Assembly (NCBI GenBank): GCA_044224875.1
Contig: JBGAJQ010000002.1
Span: 32,001 to 96,000 of the forward strand
Direction of reading: 5' to 3'
DNA: 64,000 bases
Source of the DNA: Gemmatimonadaceae bacterium
Lineage (GTDB): Bacteria; Gemmatimonadota; Gemmatimonadetes; Gemmatimonadales; Gemmatimonadaceae
Shown: piece by piece, positions 37,039-48,997 of the stretch
How positions within the stretch are numbered: position 1 is the stretch's first letter
Layout of the letters: each line of letters begins with the position of its first letter
The notes under the pieces: generated by a model
What the model saw: only the letters and a program-made list of their open reading frames with translations
What the model was told of the DNA's origin: nothing
Database searches by the model: none
Position numbers and translations under genes: made by a program

Positions 37039-39504
37039 ATGTACTCCCCCTCCGCGAGGTGGGCAAGGGCCGGACGCGCGATGATGTGCGCTGTCGTCGT
37101 GCTGGTCGCGCCAGCTTCCATTGTTGCCCAGCAGGTCAGCTACTCCCGTGCGGAACAGCTATTGTCGTGGAACACCGATCGCCTGGTCTCGGGCGACCAG
37201 GTGAATCCGCAGTGGATGAAGGACGGCAGCCGCTTTTGGTACCGGAACAAGACCTCGACCGGCGCGGAGTTTGTCCTGATCGACCCCGGGTTGAACCTGC
37301 GCCGTTTGCTCTTCGATCACGTGAAGCTGGCGACGGCGATGTCCACCGCTGGAGACACGGCGTTCGACGGCAACAAGCTGCCCTTCCAGACCTTCAAGTT
37401 CGGGAAGGACGGCGACGACGAGAATGAAATCGAATTCAACGCCAACAAGAAGCGCTTTGTCTGCAACATCACGTCCTACAAGTGCGTCGTGGGCGATACC
37501 CTGTCCAGCGACGTGCCGTTCGTGCGATCGCCGGACAAGAAGTGGGAGGCGTTCATCAGCAAGAACAACCTGTGGATTCGCGACGCGGCGAGCAAAAAGG
37601 ACAGCACGCAGCTCACCACCGATGGCGTCGATTACTTCGGGTACGGGACCACGATGCCGCGTCCCAGCCAGCTGCAACGACCGCAGCCCGTGCGGCCGCA
37701 GCTCCGCTGGTCGCCGGATTCCAAGCGCATTGCGGTCATGCGACAGGACGAGCGTAACGTCGAACACATGCACTACATCTCGTATACGCCGCAGCGGCCC
37801 AAGCACTACTCGCAACCGTACGCGCTCCCCGGCGATACCGCCGTGCCCTATCCGTACATCCACCTGATCGAGGTGGCCACGAAGTCCAATGTGGTGGCCA
37901 AGATCAACCCCCGTCCCAACCAGCTGTCGATCGGAGGCTCCGTGCGCGACTCCGCATGGGCCGAAAGCAGCGAGAAGGTGCACGTGTCGTTCTATACGCG
38001 TGGCTCCAAGAGCGCCTACCTGGGCGAAGTAGACGCCAAGACGGGCGACTTCCGCGTGATTGCCCGCGACACGGGCAAGACCTATGTCGAGATCAGCAAT
38101 CCCCAGGACCCGGGGTCGTTCTACGTGACCAAGGACCTGAAGGATGCGTTCTGGTGGAGCGAGCGCGATGGCTGGGGGCATCTCTATCGCTTCGACGGCG
38201 GCGGCGTCACGAACGTGTCATCGATGAACGGTGAGGGCGGTATGACCATGGCCCCGGAGCCAAAGTCGCAGCTGACGACTGGGGCCTGGCAGGTGGGTCA
38301 GATCTCGTACGTGGATGAACTCACCAAGACGATCTACTTCACGGCGCGTGGCCGCGAGCCCAATCGGTTCCTCTACTACGCCGCCCTGTACAAGATGGGC
38401 TTCGACGGAAGCGGAGTTACGTTGGTCACGCCCGAAGACGCCAACCATACGATTTCGTTCAGCCCCAACGGCAAGTACTTCGTCGACTCATATTCGCGCA
38501 TCGAGTCGCCGTCGGTCTCCGTCCTGCGCGCTGCGGCCACAGGGGCCGTGATCCGCAAGCTCGAGGAGGCAGACATCAGCCGGCTCAAGGAAGTCGGCTG
38601 GCGTCCAGCCCAGGTGTTCACCGTCAAGGCGCGCGACGGTATCACAGACACCTACGGCGTGTTGTACCTGCCACCCAAGATCGACACAACCAAGAAGTAT
38701 CCGATCATCACCAACATCTATCCGGGGCCACAGGTCGGCTCCGTGGGCGCCTGGAGTTTCAAGAACGGTGGTGAACCCGCGGCACTGGCGGAGCTCGGCT
38801 TCGTCGTGATCCAGTACGATCACCTCGGCACGCCCCTTCGGTCGAAGGTGTTCCACGACAACTATTACGGCTTCTTTGGCGACAATGGCTTGCTGGACCA
38901 CATCACCGCCATCAAGCAGCTCGCGTCGCGCTACAAGTTCATCGACGTCGACAAGGTGGGCATCTTCGGGCACTCCGGCGGCGGCTTCGCCTCAACGGAC
39001 GCCATGCTGCGATATCCCGAGTTCTTCAAGGTCGCGGTGAGCGGTGCCGGGAATCACGACAATCGCAGCTACAACATCTATTGGGCCGAGAAGTACCAGG
39101 GCCTCATGAAGCGCGATACCGTGCGCAAGACCGACAACTTCGAGACATCGGCCAACAAGACCATGGCCAAGAACCTGCAGGGGCACCTCCTGCTCATGCA
39201 CGGCGACATGGATGACAACGTCCACCCGGCCAACACGGTGCAGGTGATCGACGAACTGGAAAAGGCGAACAAAACCTTCGACCTGGTCTGGGCGCCAAAT
39301 CGGAACCACGGACTCAACGAGCCATACTTCATTCGGCGCCGCTGGGACTACTTCGTGCAATACCTGATGGGAGCAACACCGCCAGAGAACTACCTCATCA
39401 CGCAGCCGGTCGATGGACGTTCAGGTGCAACGCCGGAACCGTTGGACGATGACGACCTGCCCGACGGATTCCCGTATTGGAAGCCCTTCCGAATTCCCCA
39501 GTAG
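37039..39504 (+). CDS. S9 family peptidase (DPP IV-like)
   Basis: WWSERDGWGHLY propeller; YPGP; GHSGGG, HGDMDDNVH, NRNH triad. Confidence 0.9.
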   Translation: MYSPSARWARAGRAMMCAVVVLVAPASIVAQQVSYSRAEQLLSWNTDRLVSGDQVNPQWMKDGSRFWYRNKTSTGAEFVLIDPGLNLRRLLFDHVKLATAMSTAGDTAFDGNKLPFQTFKFGKDGDDENEIEFNANKKRFVCNITSYKCVVGDTLSSDVPFVRSPDKKWEAFISKNNLWIRDAASKKDSTQLTTDGVDYFGYGTTMPRPSQLQRPQPVRPQLRWSPDSKRIAVMRQDERNVEHMHYISYTPQRPKHYSQPYALPGDTAVPYPYIHLIEVATKSNVVAKINPRPNQLSIGGSVRDSAWAESSEKVHVSFYTRGSKSAYLGEVDAKTGDFRVIARDTGKTYVEISNPQDPGSFYVTKDLKDAFWWSERDGWGHLYRFDGGGVTNVSSMNGEGGMTMAPEPKSQLTTGAWQVGQISYVDELTKTIYFTARGREPNRFLYYAALYKMGFDGSGVTLVTPEDANHTISFSPNGKYFVDSYSRIESPSVSVLRAAATGAVIRKLEEADISRLKEVGWRPAQVFTVKARDGITDTYGVLYLPPKIDTTKKYPIITNIYPGPQVGSVGAWSFKNGGEPAALAELGFVVIQYDHLGTPLRSKVFHDNYYGFFGDNGLLDHITAIKQLASRYKFIDVDKVGIFGHSGGGFASTDAMLRYPEFFKVAVSGAGNHDNRSYNIYWAEKYQGLMKRDTVRKTDNFETSANKTMAKNLQGHLLLMHGDMDDNVHPANTVQVIDELEKANKTFDLVWAPNRNHGLNEPYFIRRRWDYFVQYLMGATPPENYLITQPVDGRSGATPEPLDDDDLPDGFPYWKPFRIPQ

Positions 39505-39552
39505 CTCCTCCCTTCCATCTTCCTCATGCAATCGAGCTACCATGTGAACGCG

Positions 39553-42136
39553 ATGGCCATCCGCCATCGCGTTCGCACATCCATCCTGTTGTTGCTGTGC
39601 GCGGTCTCCCTCCCAACACGTCTTCGGGCGCAAGGTGTCACGGTCAGTCGGTGGCTGACCATCGGCCCCATACCGGCACGCGTGCCGTTTGGCGCCGCGT
39701 CCGCGGACTCCTCACTGCTCGATGCCACTCGGCTCCCGACCATTCGGGTGTGGCCGGCGGCCGGCGACTCCCTAGTCCTTCCCAACGCCGGTCGTCAGAC
39801 ATGGCGTGACGCATCACTCGTGGTCAGCGGAGGCCAAGGCGTCTATGGACTCATATACGTCATGGCGGACCGATGGCAGCACGTGACGTTGGTTTTGCGG
39901 GTAGTAAACCGGGCGGCCCGGCGCCTGTGGGGGGAGGGCCCCCGGCTGCAAGGTTCCCAGGCCGACCTCGCGCAAGGCAAGCACCTCCTGCTCGTGCAAC
40001 AAGTCGCAGCGAGCGGTGACGCGTACCTGGGCGTCGAGTTGAAAATCACCAGTACAACGCCCGGCGCGTCGCTGACCACCACGTTGGACCCGAGCCGGCC
40101 CGGCACCTTCGCCGACTTCCATGCCGTGGGTTCAGTCACGACCATACGCCTGAGCCGCGATGCAAGAGCCGCGGCGTATGTAGTCCGACGTGTGGACAGC
40201 GACAACGATCGCTCGACTTCGGTGATGTCGATTCGCGAGGTGCCATCCGCCCGCCTGCTCGGCGAAGTGTTGAGCGGCGAGCCATCGAGCCCCGAATGGG
40301 CACCCGGTGGCACGCGCCTCGCCTACCTCACGACGTCGGACAAGAAGGACGCACCCGGCCGAGACCTCATCGTGTGGAACGCGGCCAACAACGAGCATAC
40401 GCGCGTGCTCCGCGGCGAATCGGTCATGCAGATCGTCGGATGGTCTCCCGATGGCGCGTCGATCTACTACACCGGAATGGCACGCTCACCGAGCGTTGCA
40501 CCACCAAAGCCCGGTGAAGCCCGCCGCATGACGGAGGTCTGGCAACGCTTCGATGCCTCTCCGGAGAAGCTGCAACTCTACGCCGTCAACGTGAGCGATG
40601 GTGCGCGGACCACCCTCAGCGGCGACTCGGCATACGGCATCGCCGGGGCCGCGCTTTCGCCCGATGGGCGATCGATCGTCTTCTCGCGTTCGGCGCACCA
40701 TCACGATGCCCCACCGTGGTTGCACGCCGAGCTATGGACCATCGATGCGGCAACGCTCGAGTCTCGGAAACTCATCACGCTCGAACGTCAGGCGTTCTCT
40801 GCGCCCTCCTCGTTCGCCTGGTCGCCCGACTCCAAGGCCGTCGCCTTTTGTGCAAGCGCCAAGGAACTGCTCAAGGGCGAGGATCCAACCTTCTCTGTCT
40901 ATGAGAACAAGTTGTACGCCATCAATGTGGACAAACCCTCGCTCGTGCACCTGAGCAGCGGGTTCATTCCCTCGGTGGGCGTCCTGAGTTGCGGGTCACT
41001 CACCTGGAATGCGGCAGACGGCCGGATCTATGTCAACGCGGACGCGGGGGCACGGAACATACCAGCTCGAACGAAACGAGCCGTGACCTCGGCGTTGGAG
41101 GTGACGACGCTGGAGACCATGAGTGTACCCGGTGAGGTCGTTCAGACGTTCGATATTCAGGGCACCACAATGCTGTCGGCGAGTGAGACACCAACATCGC
41201 CGGCGATCATTCATCGCGTCGACGTTGCCTCTGGTGCAGCGAGCGAATTCGCACGACCAAACGCGCAGAGTCTGGCGGGTGTCGACCTGCCGGCGTGGCA
41301 CCCATGGAGTTTCAAGAACACGCGTGGTGAAGCGATCGAGTCCTGGTACTGGCTTCCACCAGGTTTCGACTCAACGCGCACGTACCCAATGATCGTGCAT
41401 TACTACGGCGGCACGATCGGAATGAAGAAGAACTTCGAGCAGCGCCTCCTCTGGTTTGCCTCGAACGGCTATGTGGTGCTGTTCATTAATCCCGCCGGTG
41501 CCCCGGGGTACGGTCAGAAGTTCTCCAACTACCATATCAACGACTGGGGTTTCCCTGCGGCGACAGACCTCATCGAGGGCACACAGCAGTTCCTGCAGTC
41601 GCATCGATATGTCGACGCCGCGCGTGTCGGCAACTTTGGCCACTCATACGGTGGCTTCATGACGATGCATCTGCTGACGCGAACCAAGATCTTCCGCACC
41701 GGCATTGCAATCGCTGGGATCAGTAACATCGCCGATTACTGGGGGCGCCGGCGCAACCGGCTACAGTTACACCGATGGCACCTGTCCCGGATGCTATCCA
41801 TGGAACCGCAAGGACATCTACATCGACCGCTCACCACTGTTTTCAGCAGACAAGATCACGTCGCCGTTGCTGCTGATACATGGCACGGATGACACCAACG
41901 TCGTACCGACGGAGTCCGAGCAGATGTTCACGGCGCTGCGCATGTTGGGTCGGGAAACGGAGCTGATTCACGTGCAGGGCGAGAATCACGGCATCAATTC
42001 GCGGCCGTCAGTGGAATTCACGCGCGACCGCATCATGCTGGACTGGTTTGACAAGTATCTGCGAGACCGGCCCGCGGCCTGGTCGGCTCGATGGGGGCCT
42101 GGTGGGGTCATGAAGCTGGTGCCGTCCGGACCCTGA
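39553..42136 (+). pseudogene. S9 family peptidase split by a +1 frameshift (or sequencing error) at 41741-41745
   Basis: GHSYGG lies in the ORF ending 41892; HGTDDTNV and ENHG lie in ORF 41705-42136; deleting one G restores YWGAGATGYSY. Confidence 0.85.
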
Positions 42137-42178
42137 CGAACATCCGGCTGGCGGAGTGAATGCTCGCTCCGCCAGCTG

Positions 42179-44701
42179 CTACTTGCCGACGCGGGACCGC
42201 GTCCAAAGTGCAATGACGCCGCACCGCACGTTCGATCCACCAAACTGGAAGGGAATCGACGCGCCGCCGGGGTAGATCTCGATCGCCTCGATGTCCGATG
42301 CACGAATCTCCACGTTCATCCCGCCCTGCGCCGGGCTAAAGGACTGACCGTCGACAAAGAAGGTGAATTCGCATTCCTCAGATTGGCCCGAGGGCCTGTT
42401 CACCGCCGCCGTTGGGTCGTCGGATCTTTGTACGGGACCTGCCTTGTCGGTGAATTCCGTCTGACCGATGCGTCCCCCGGAGAGCTTCGAGTAGAAACGA
42501 TACCCGGCCCACTCGGAAACAACGGACACCCCTGGCTGTCCCCGCAGCAGCTCGGCCAACGACTGGCTCCCATTGCGCTCGATATCCGCGCGGGCCATGA
42601 AGCTCCCACCAGCCGAACGTTTACGGCGATCGTCGAACCCCCTCGTCCAGTCAAAGGTCGCGCGCGTCTTTGCCGTGGTGACCGTCACTCCGGCAATGGC
42701 GGTCGACGCACGAGGCAGGCGAGCATACAGCGACACCCGCGAACCAGCGTCCAGTTGCACCCGTACGGTCGCCGGAGCGTAGCCGAGCGCGCCAATTCCT
42801 ACGCGATGAACCCCCGGAGGCACTCCGGCTATCGCAAAAGTTCCCGTTGAGTCGGAACGAAACGGCATAGGTCGGCCGTCGACTGTCACCTTCAGGTTCA
42901 ACACGGGCTCGCCGTACCCCCCCACCACAAAGCCAGCGAGGAACCCCGGAGATGTGGGGCCCATCCCGGGAAGTCGCTCGCTCCGTACCTGGGAAGCCGT
43001 GCCGCTATCCGCCGTCTGCATGGCTACACGACGTGACAACTGCAGGTTCGCGAGAACGACAGGGCCCTGCGCGAAGTCAATCATCACCGGAACGGCAAAG
43101 GCTCCGTCGAGATAGGCGGTGGCGTAGACCGGCGTGGTCGACGTCGTACACAAGGTGAAGGCGCCCCCATCGCCTGAAGAACCGCTCATGCGTCCCGTGC
43201 GCCCGCCCCCTGCCGCCTCCCACCAGAACAAGTCGACTTGTGCCGCCACAAACGGAGGTCCCTGTTCCGGGTCCAACGTCCTCCCACGCACGACGCGCAG
43301 CGAGTCTCCACTGGGCGTCACACGGCACATGCGGCGAGCATAGGTCTGGACGGACGGTGTCGCGACCTCGATCCGCACGTCGTTACCGCGGACGACCTTG
43401 GTGGGTACGCGTAGCGCGCCGAGTCCCAGTGAATCGAGGCGCGGGTGCCAGACGCGAAGACGGAGCGTTCCCTCGTCAGCAAGGGAATCGAGACTGGCCT
43501 TTCCGAGGTCGTCGGTGACCGCGCTCGTCCCAACACCCTCCAGCGTCACCGTTGCCCCAGGCAAGGGGCGCATGAGAGTGCTGTCGAACACACTGACGAC
43601 CATTCGGCCTGTACGAGCGCCACGTGAGCCCAAACGCGAAACCGCACCAACCACCTCGCCCCCTTCCTGTCGAACGGCCGTTGCAACGGTGTCACTCACG
43701 AACGACACGGCACCATCTGGTCGGCGACCGCGAGTGGACGTGGTCGAGAGGATTGGCATGTCGATCCTCCACCGCTTCACACCGTACACACCCGAAGGTA
43801 ACCGCGCGAATTCCACAGCACCGCCAGCTGTAGCTCCAACGCCCGGGTTGGGTACGTACCGGAATTCGAGCTGACGAAGTTCTGCGGTGGCGGAGTCCAG
43901 CCAGAGGACGCCGTCAATGTCCACGCGCTTGATCGATCGGTCGGGGGCGAAGGCCAAGCCAATCAGCCCCGGTGTGCTGCCGCGTCGCGTTCGAAAGCAG
44001 TGATCCTCGACAAACCCGTCCGACAGCAGGACGGCGGCGTCGGGACCGTAGTACGTGATCGCATCCCCAACCCGGGAGCGATAGCCCGCCTTCCGGATCG
44101 AATCCGGCGAAAGGCTCACGAATGGGTTTTCGGTGATGCCGGATCGCGTATCCGTCTTTGAAGCTCTGACCACCGAATCGGGGAGCGATATCACGCGTTC
44201 GAAGTGCTGCAGTGTGACCGGAAAGCGCTGCGATCCCTGAGCTAAGCGGGTGGCCTCGAGCACCTTTTGCGCCTCCACCCACAACCGCGCCGCGTCGCCG
44301 GTCTCGCCAACCACTCGGTCGCACTTGGACGTGGACGTAACCGTGATAGCGGGCAGTGCGACCCGTTCCAGCCGGATGGACTCGTCACGGACCACACTCT
44401 GGCCAGCGATCTCGAATGGCGCGACGTTTACGCTCTTGAATCCGATGAGGTCGATTCGAAGCGAGTAAGTGCCGGGGGCGGGAACCGTCAGTTCATACCG
44501 TCCGTCATCACCGGTGACCGTGCCGCCAACGCGCACACCGTTGGAGGCATGCAGCAGCACGACGGCGCCAGGAATTGCAGAGCCGTCTCGCTGGTCGCGA
44601 ATGGTCCCCGAAATGGACTGCGCCGTCAGTTGGCGCGTTTGGGAAACGAGAGTCGCCAGCAGCACCACAAGAATCACACCGGCGCGCCGCCGCCATCGCA
44701 T
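42179..44701 (-). CDS. Exported protein with repeated CarboxypepD_reg-like domains and a C-terminal TonB plug-like domain
   Basis: Repeated G.V.D...PI/LPGA.V units; C-terminal DIEAIEIY..IPFQFGG..CGVIALWTR; no barrel. Confidence 0.75.
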   Translation of the reverse strand: MRWRRRAGVILVVLLATLVSQTRQLTAQSISGTIRDQRDGSAIPGAVVLLHASNGVRVGGTVTGDDGRYELTVPAPGTYSLRIDLIGFKSVNVAPFEIAGQSVVRDESIRLERVALPAITVTSTSKCDRVVGETGDAARLWVEAQKVLEATRLAQGSQRFPVTLQHFERVISLPDSVVRASKTDTRSGITENPFVSLSPDSIRKAGYRSRVGDAITYYGPDAAVLLSDGFVEDHCFRTRRGSTPGLIGLAFAPDRSIKRVDIDGVLWLDSATAELRQLEFRYVPNPGVGATAGGAVEFARLPSGVYGVKRWRIDMPILSTTSTRGRRPDGAVSFVSDTVATAVRQEGGEVVGAVSRLGSRGARTGRMVVSVFDSTLMRPLPGATVTLEGVGTSAVTDDLGKASLDSLADEGTLRLRVWHPRLDSLGLGALRVPTKVVRGNDVRIEVATPSVQTYARRMCRVTPSGDSLRVVRGRTLDPEQGPPFVAAQVDLFWWEAAGGGRTGRMSGSSGDGGAFTLCTTSTTPVYATAYLDGAFAVPVMIDFAQGPVVLANLQLSRRVAMQTADSGTASQVRSERLPGMGPTSPGFLAGFVVGGYGEPVLNLKVTVDGRPMPFRSDSTGTFAIAGVPPGVHRVGIGALGYAPATVRVQLDAGSRVSLYARLPRASTAIAGVTVTTAKTRATFDWTRGFDDRRKRSAGGSFMARADIERNGSQSLAELLRGQPGVSVVSEWAGYRFYSKLSGGRIGQTEFTDKAGPVQRSDDPTAAVNRPSGQSEECEFTFFVDGQSFSPAQGGMNVEIRASDIEAIEIYPGGASIPFQFGGSNVRCGVIALWTRSRVGK

Positions 44702-44738
44702 CGCTGATTTCACGCACACGCACACAGAGGACACCACG

Positions 44739-47159
44739 ATGATCACTCCCGGCCGCAGGGGGCGACGGACCGCCCATTGCTTTGGAGGCTGCCCGCGTGC
44801 CGCATTCAGGCCGCACCGACGAATGATGCTTGGCCTCGCGCTCTACTTGATTGCGGGATCGACCGCGGACGCGCAAGGGACTCGTAGCGATTACGTGCGT
44901 GCCGAGCAGTTACTGGGGTGGAATGCTCAGGAGCTGATGCTGCACGACGGCGTACGTCCGCGCTGGGTAGGGACGGACCGTTTTTGGTATCGTGATCGAG
45001 GACCGAAGGGCTACGAGTTCGTCATGGTCGACGCAGCGACTGGGACGAAGCGTTCCGTCTTCGACCAGGTTCGGCTGGCGGCGTCGCTTTCCCAGGCGGC
45101 GGATACCGCATACGAACCGTACAAGTTGCCATTCCGTGATTTCCAGCTCTCGACGGATGGCAAGGTCGTACGGTTCAGCGTGGCTCGCCGGAAATTCTGG
45201 TCGTGTGACATCACGTCCTATGCGTGCACCGGTCCCGACACGGTCCCGAATGAACGACCGAGTGAGGTCAGGTCGCCGGACGGCAAGTGGGTAGCGGTGG
45301 AGCGTGGAGGAAACCTCTACGTTCGGCCAACCGGTGGCGGTGAGGAGGTGCAGCTGACGAACGACGGAACCACGGACTATGGATACGGCCTGGCAAACAT
45401 CGGCTGTTGCCAGCAAGTGACGACCGTTCGCAACAAGACAGAATTGCGGCCGTATGTGCTGTGGTCGCCGGATTCGCGCCGGCTGGTCACCCACAAGTGG
45501 GATCAGCGCGGCGTGCGACAGATGGCGCTGCTGGAGACAAAAAATCCCGGGCCGGTGCTGTATCAATATCGATACGCCCTTCCGGGCGACTCGGTCATCC
45601 CGAAGTTCGACCTGTATGTGTTTGAGCTGTCGTCACGTCGCGGCGTGCGGATCGACGTCCCGCCGCAGGACGCCGTCAACACTTCGTGCTGCTGGTTGTC
45701 GACGGACACCGTCTGGAAGGATGTGCGGTGGGGCGCGTCCAGCGGCGGCGATCAACTGTTCTTCACGTATGGGACACGCGGCTTCCACACGCTGACGCTC
45801 TATGCGGCCGACGCGACGTCGGGGAAGGCGCGCTCCATCCTCAAGGAAAGCGGGCCGACGTACATCGAAACCAACCAGAACTCCGGTGGCATTCCCAACT
45901 GGCGACCGGTTGCCGGAGGAAGAGAGGTGGTGTGGTGGTCGGAACGCGACGGATACGGACACCTCTACCTCGTTGACGCCGCCACCGGCGCCGTCAAGAA
46001 CCGCATAACGAGCGGCGATTGGATGGTGAGTGACCTCTTGTGGATCGACGAAACGCTTCGCTATGCGTACTTCACGGGGCGCGGTCGTGAGGTGGGTCGC
46101 GATCCATACTTCCGGTTTCTCTACCGCGCCAAGCTGGATGGCAGTGCCGTGGAGCTATTGACGCCCGAGAATGGCGATCACGCCATCTCGCAGTCGGCTG
46201 ATGGGAAGTACGTGGTTGACGTAGTCTCACGTCCCGATACGATTCCGGTCTCGTACGTCCGGCTGGCGAGCGGCGCGATTGTGAAAGAGTTGCAGCGAGC
46301 CGATGTCTCACGCCTCCTGGCGGCGGGCTTCACGCCCCCCGAGCCCTTCACTGTGAAGGCACGCGACGGCCAAACCGACCTGATGGGACTGCTCTTCAAG
46401 CCCTCGTCGGTGGACCCGAAGCGGAAGTACCCGATCATCGACTACATCTACCCCGGTCCCCAGGTGGGATCGGTTGGTGGGCGGCAGTTTTCCGTGTCGT
46501 ATGGAGGAAACGCCAGGGCACTGGCCGAATTGGGCTTCTTCGTGATGCAGGTGGATGCGCTGGGAACTCCGGGACGGTCCAAGGCATTCCACGACGCGTA
46601 CTACGGCAACATGACGGACAACGGAATTCCCGATCAGATCGCGGCGATCAAGCAACTGGCCGCGCGGTATCCGCAAATCGATCTGGACCGCGTTGGGATC
46701 TTCGGGCACTCGGGTGGAGGCTTCTCATCGACCGACGCGATCCTGAGCTATCCCGACTTCTTCAAGGTTGCGGTGTCGTCGGCCGGCAACCACGACAATC
46801 GCGGATACGACTACACGTGGGGAGAGAAGTATCAAGGGCTGTTGAAGAAGTTGAGCGACAGCACAGACTCATTCGACTCGCAGTCCAACTGGCGCAAGGC
46901 GCGCAACCTGCGAGGCAAGCTGCTGCTGACCTATGGAACCCTGGACGACAACGTACATCCGAACAACACGCAACTGGTCATAGACGAACTGATCAAGGCG
47001 AACAAGGACTTTGACATGTTCATCATGCCCAACCGGAACCATGGGTTCGCCAACGACCCGTACATGGTCCGCCGCACCTGGGACTACTTTGTAAAGAACT
47101 TGTTAGGCGTCGACCCGCCAGCCGGTTACCAGATCAAGGCCCCGCCGTCGAATCCGTAA
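44739..47159 (+). CDS. S9 family peptidase (DPP IV-like), paralog of 37039-39504
   Basis: [46 protein letters not shown]. Confidence 0.9.
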   Translation: MITPGRRGRRTAHCFGGCPRAAFRPHRRMMLGLALYLIAGSTADAQGTRSDYVRAEQLLGWNAQELMLHDGVRPRWVGTDRFWYRDRGPKGYEFVMVDAATGTKRSVFDQVRLAASLSQAADTAYEPYKLPFRDFQLSTDGKVVRFSVARRKFWSCDITSYACTGPDTVPNERPSEVRSPDGKWVAVERGGNLYVRPTGGGEEVQLTNDGTTDYGYGLANIGCCQQVTTVRNKTELRPYVLWSPDSRRLVTHKWDQRGVRQMALLETKNPGPVLYQYRYALPGDSVIPKFDLYVFELSSRRGVRIDVPPQDAVNTSCCWLSTDTVWKDVRWGASSGGDQLFFTYGTRGFHTLTLYAADATSGKARSILKESGPTYIETNQNSGGIPNWRPVAGGREVVWWSERDGYGHLYLVDAATGAVKNRITSGDWMVSDLLWIDETLRYAYFTGRGREVGRDPYFRFLYRAKLDGSAVELLTPENGDHAISQSADGKYVVDVVSRPDTIPVSYVRLASGAIVKELQRADVSRLLAAGFTPPEPFTVKARDGQTDLMGLLFKPSSVDPKRKYPIIDYIYPGPQVGSVGGRQFSVSYGGNARALAELGFFVMQVDALGTPGRSKAFHDAYYGNMTDNGIPDQIAAIKQLAARYPQIDLDRVGIFGHSGGGFSSTDAILSYPDFFKVAVSSAGNHDNRGYDYTWGEKYQGLLKKLSDSTDSFDSQSNWRKARNLRGKLLLTYGTLDDNVHPNNTQLVIDELIKANKDFDMFIMPNRNHGFANDPYMVRRTWDYFVKNLLGVDPPAGYQIKAPPSNP

Positions 47160-47223
47160 CCCGGAGCGGACGTGGGAATCCGGGAACCACGGGTGCGGCG
47201 TAGGGATAAAGATGAGCGGACGA

Positions 47224-47250
47224 AAACGGGCCAGGGCACCTGGCCCGTTT
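47224..47250. terminator. Perfect 12-bp hairpin, probable intrinsic terminator
   Basis: AAACGGGCCAGG-GCA-CCTGGCCCGTTT. Confidence 0.6.
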
Positions 47251-47274
47251 GTTCGCGGAACTCATGGAGAGGAC

Positions 47275-48228
<954 letters not shown>

Positions 48229-48897
48229 GTGAGCGTCGCGTCTCGCATCAAGAAGACCCCGTGGCTGCCCCGTGGGCTCTTCTTGCTCGCCCTCGCTCCC
48301 CTGCTTTGGGGGGCGTGGGCGTTGGGTTCGGACGTGTTTCTCGGCACTCGTCACCTCGGCTCTAACCCCATCAAGGAGATCGAGCACTTCACTGGCAAGT
48401 GGGCCCTGCGATTCCTGGTGCTGTCGCTCGCCGTCACTCCCGCCATCCGGTTCACCAAACAGGGGTGGCTCATTCGCTACCGGCGCACCTGGGGGCTCTT
48501 CGCCTTCTTCTACGCCTGCGTCCACTTGTGCATTTACTTCATACTCGACGTTGAGCTGTCGTGGGCGGACTTTGTCGCGGATATCATCAAACGGAAGTAC
48601 ATCACGATTGGGATGACCGCGCTGCTGCTGATGGTGCCACTGGCTCTCACCTCAACGAAGGCATCCATCAAGCGCCTAGGAAATCGCCGCTGGAACTCGA
48701 TCCATCGATTGGTTTTTGCGACGGTCGTTCTCGGCAACATCCACTACTGGATGTCCGTGAAGCGCGACATCACGGAACCAGCGCTCTTTGGAGCGATTTT
48801 CGCCGCCTTGCTCGGGTATCGGCTGGTGCGATGGCAGCGCGAACAGCCCGCCGTCGTGGACGACCGCAAGGCTGACGCTGGCCTACTCGCGCGTTGA
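48229..48897 (+). CDS. msrQ: Heme-binding membrane subunit MsrQ
   Basis: HFTGKWAL, RR..GL.AFFYA..H, PLALTS, W..IHRLV; adjacent to msrP. Confidence 0.9.
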   Translation: MSVASRIKKTPWLPRGLFLLALAPLLWGAWALGSDVFLGTRHLGSNPIKEIEHFTGKWALRFLVLSLAVTPAIRFTKQGWLIRYRRTWGLFAFFYACVHLCIYFILDVELSWADFVADIIKRKYITIGMTALLLMVPLALTSTKASIKRLGNRRWNSIHRLVFATVVLGNIHYWMSVKRDITEPALFGAIFAALLGYRLVRWQREQPAVVDDRKADAGLLAR

Positions 48898-48997
48898 AGC
48901 GAGCGCTGAGCGCACAAGGTCGCGATTCCGGTCCTAGGGCCGCGAAACAACACGACTCCTCCTTGACCCCGCGTGGATTCTGCGCCATCAGGTTCAC

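Noticed and set aside
44711..44726. CACGCACACGCACACA microsatellite-like tract
   Set aside because: Too short to suggest phase variation
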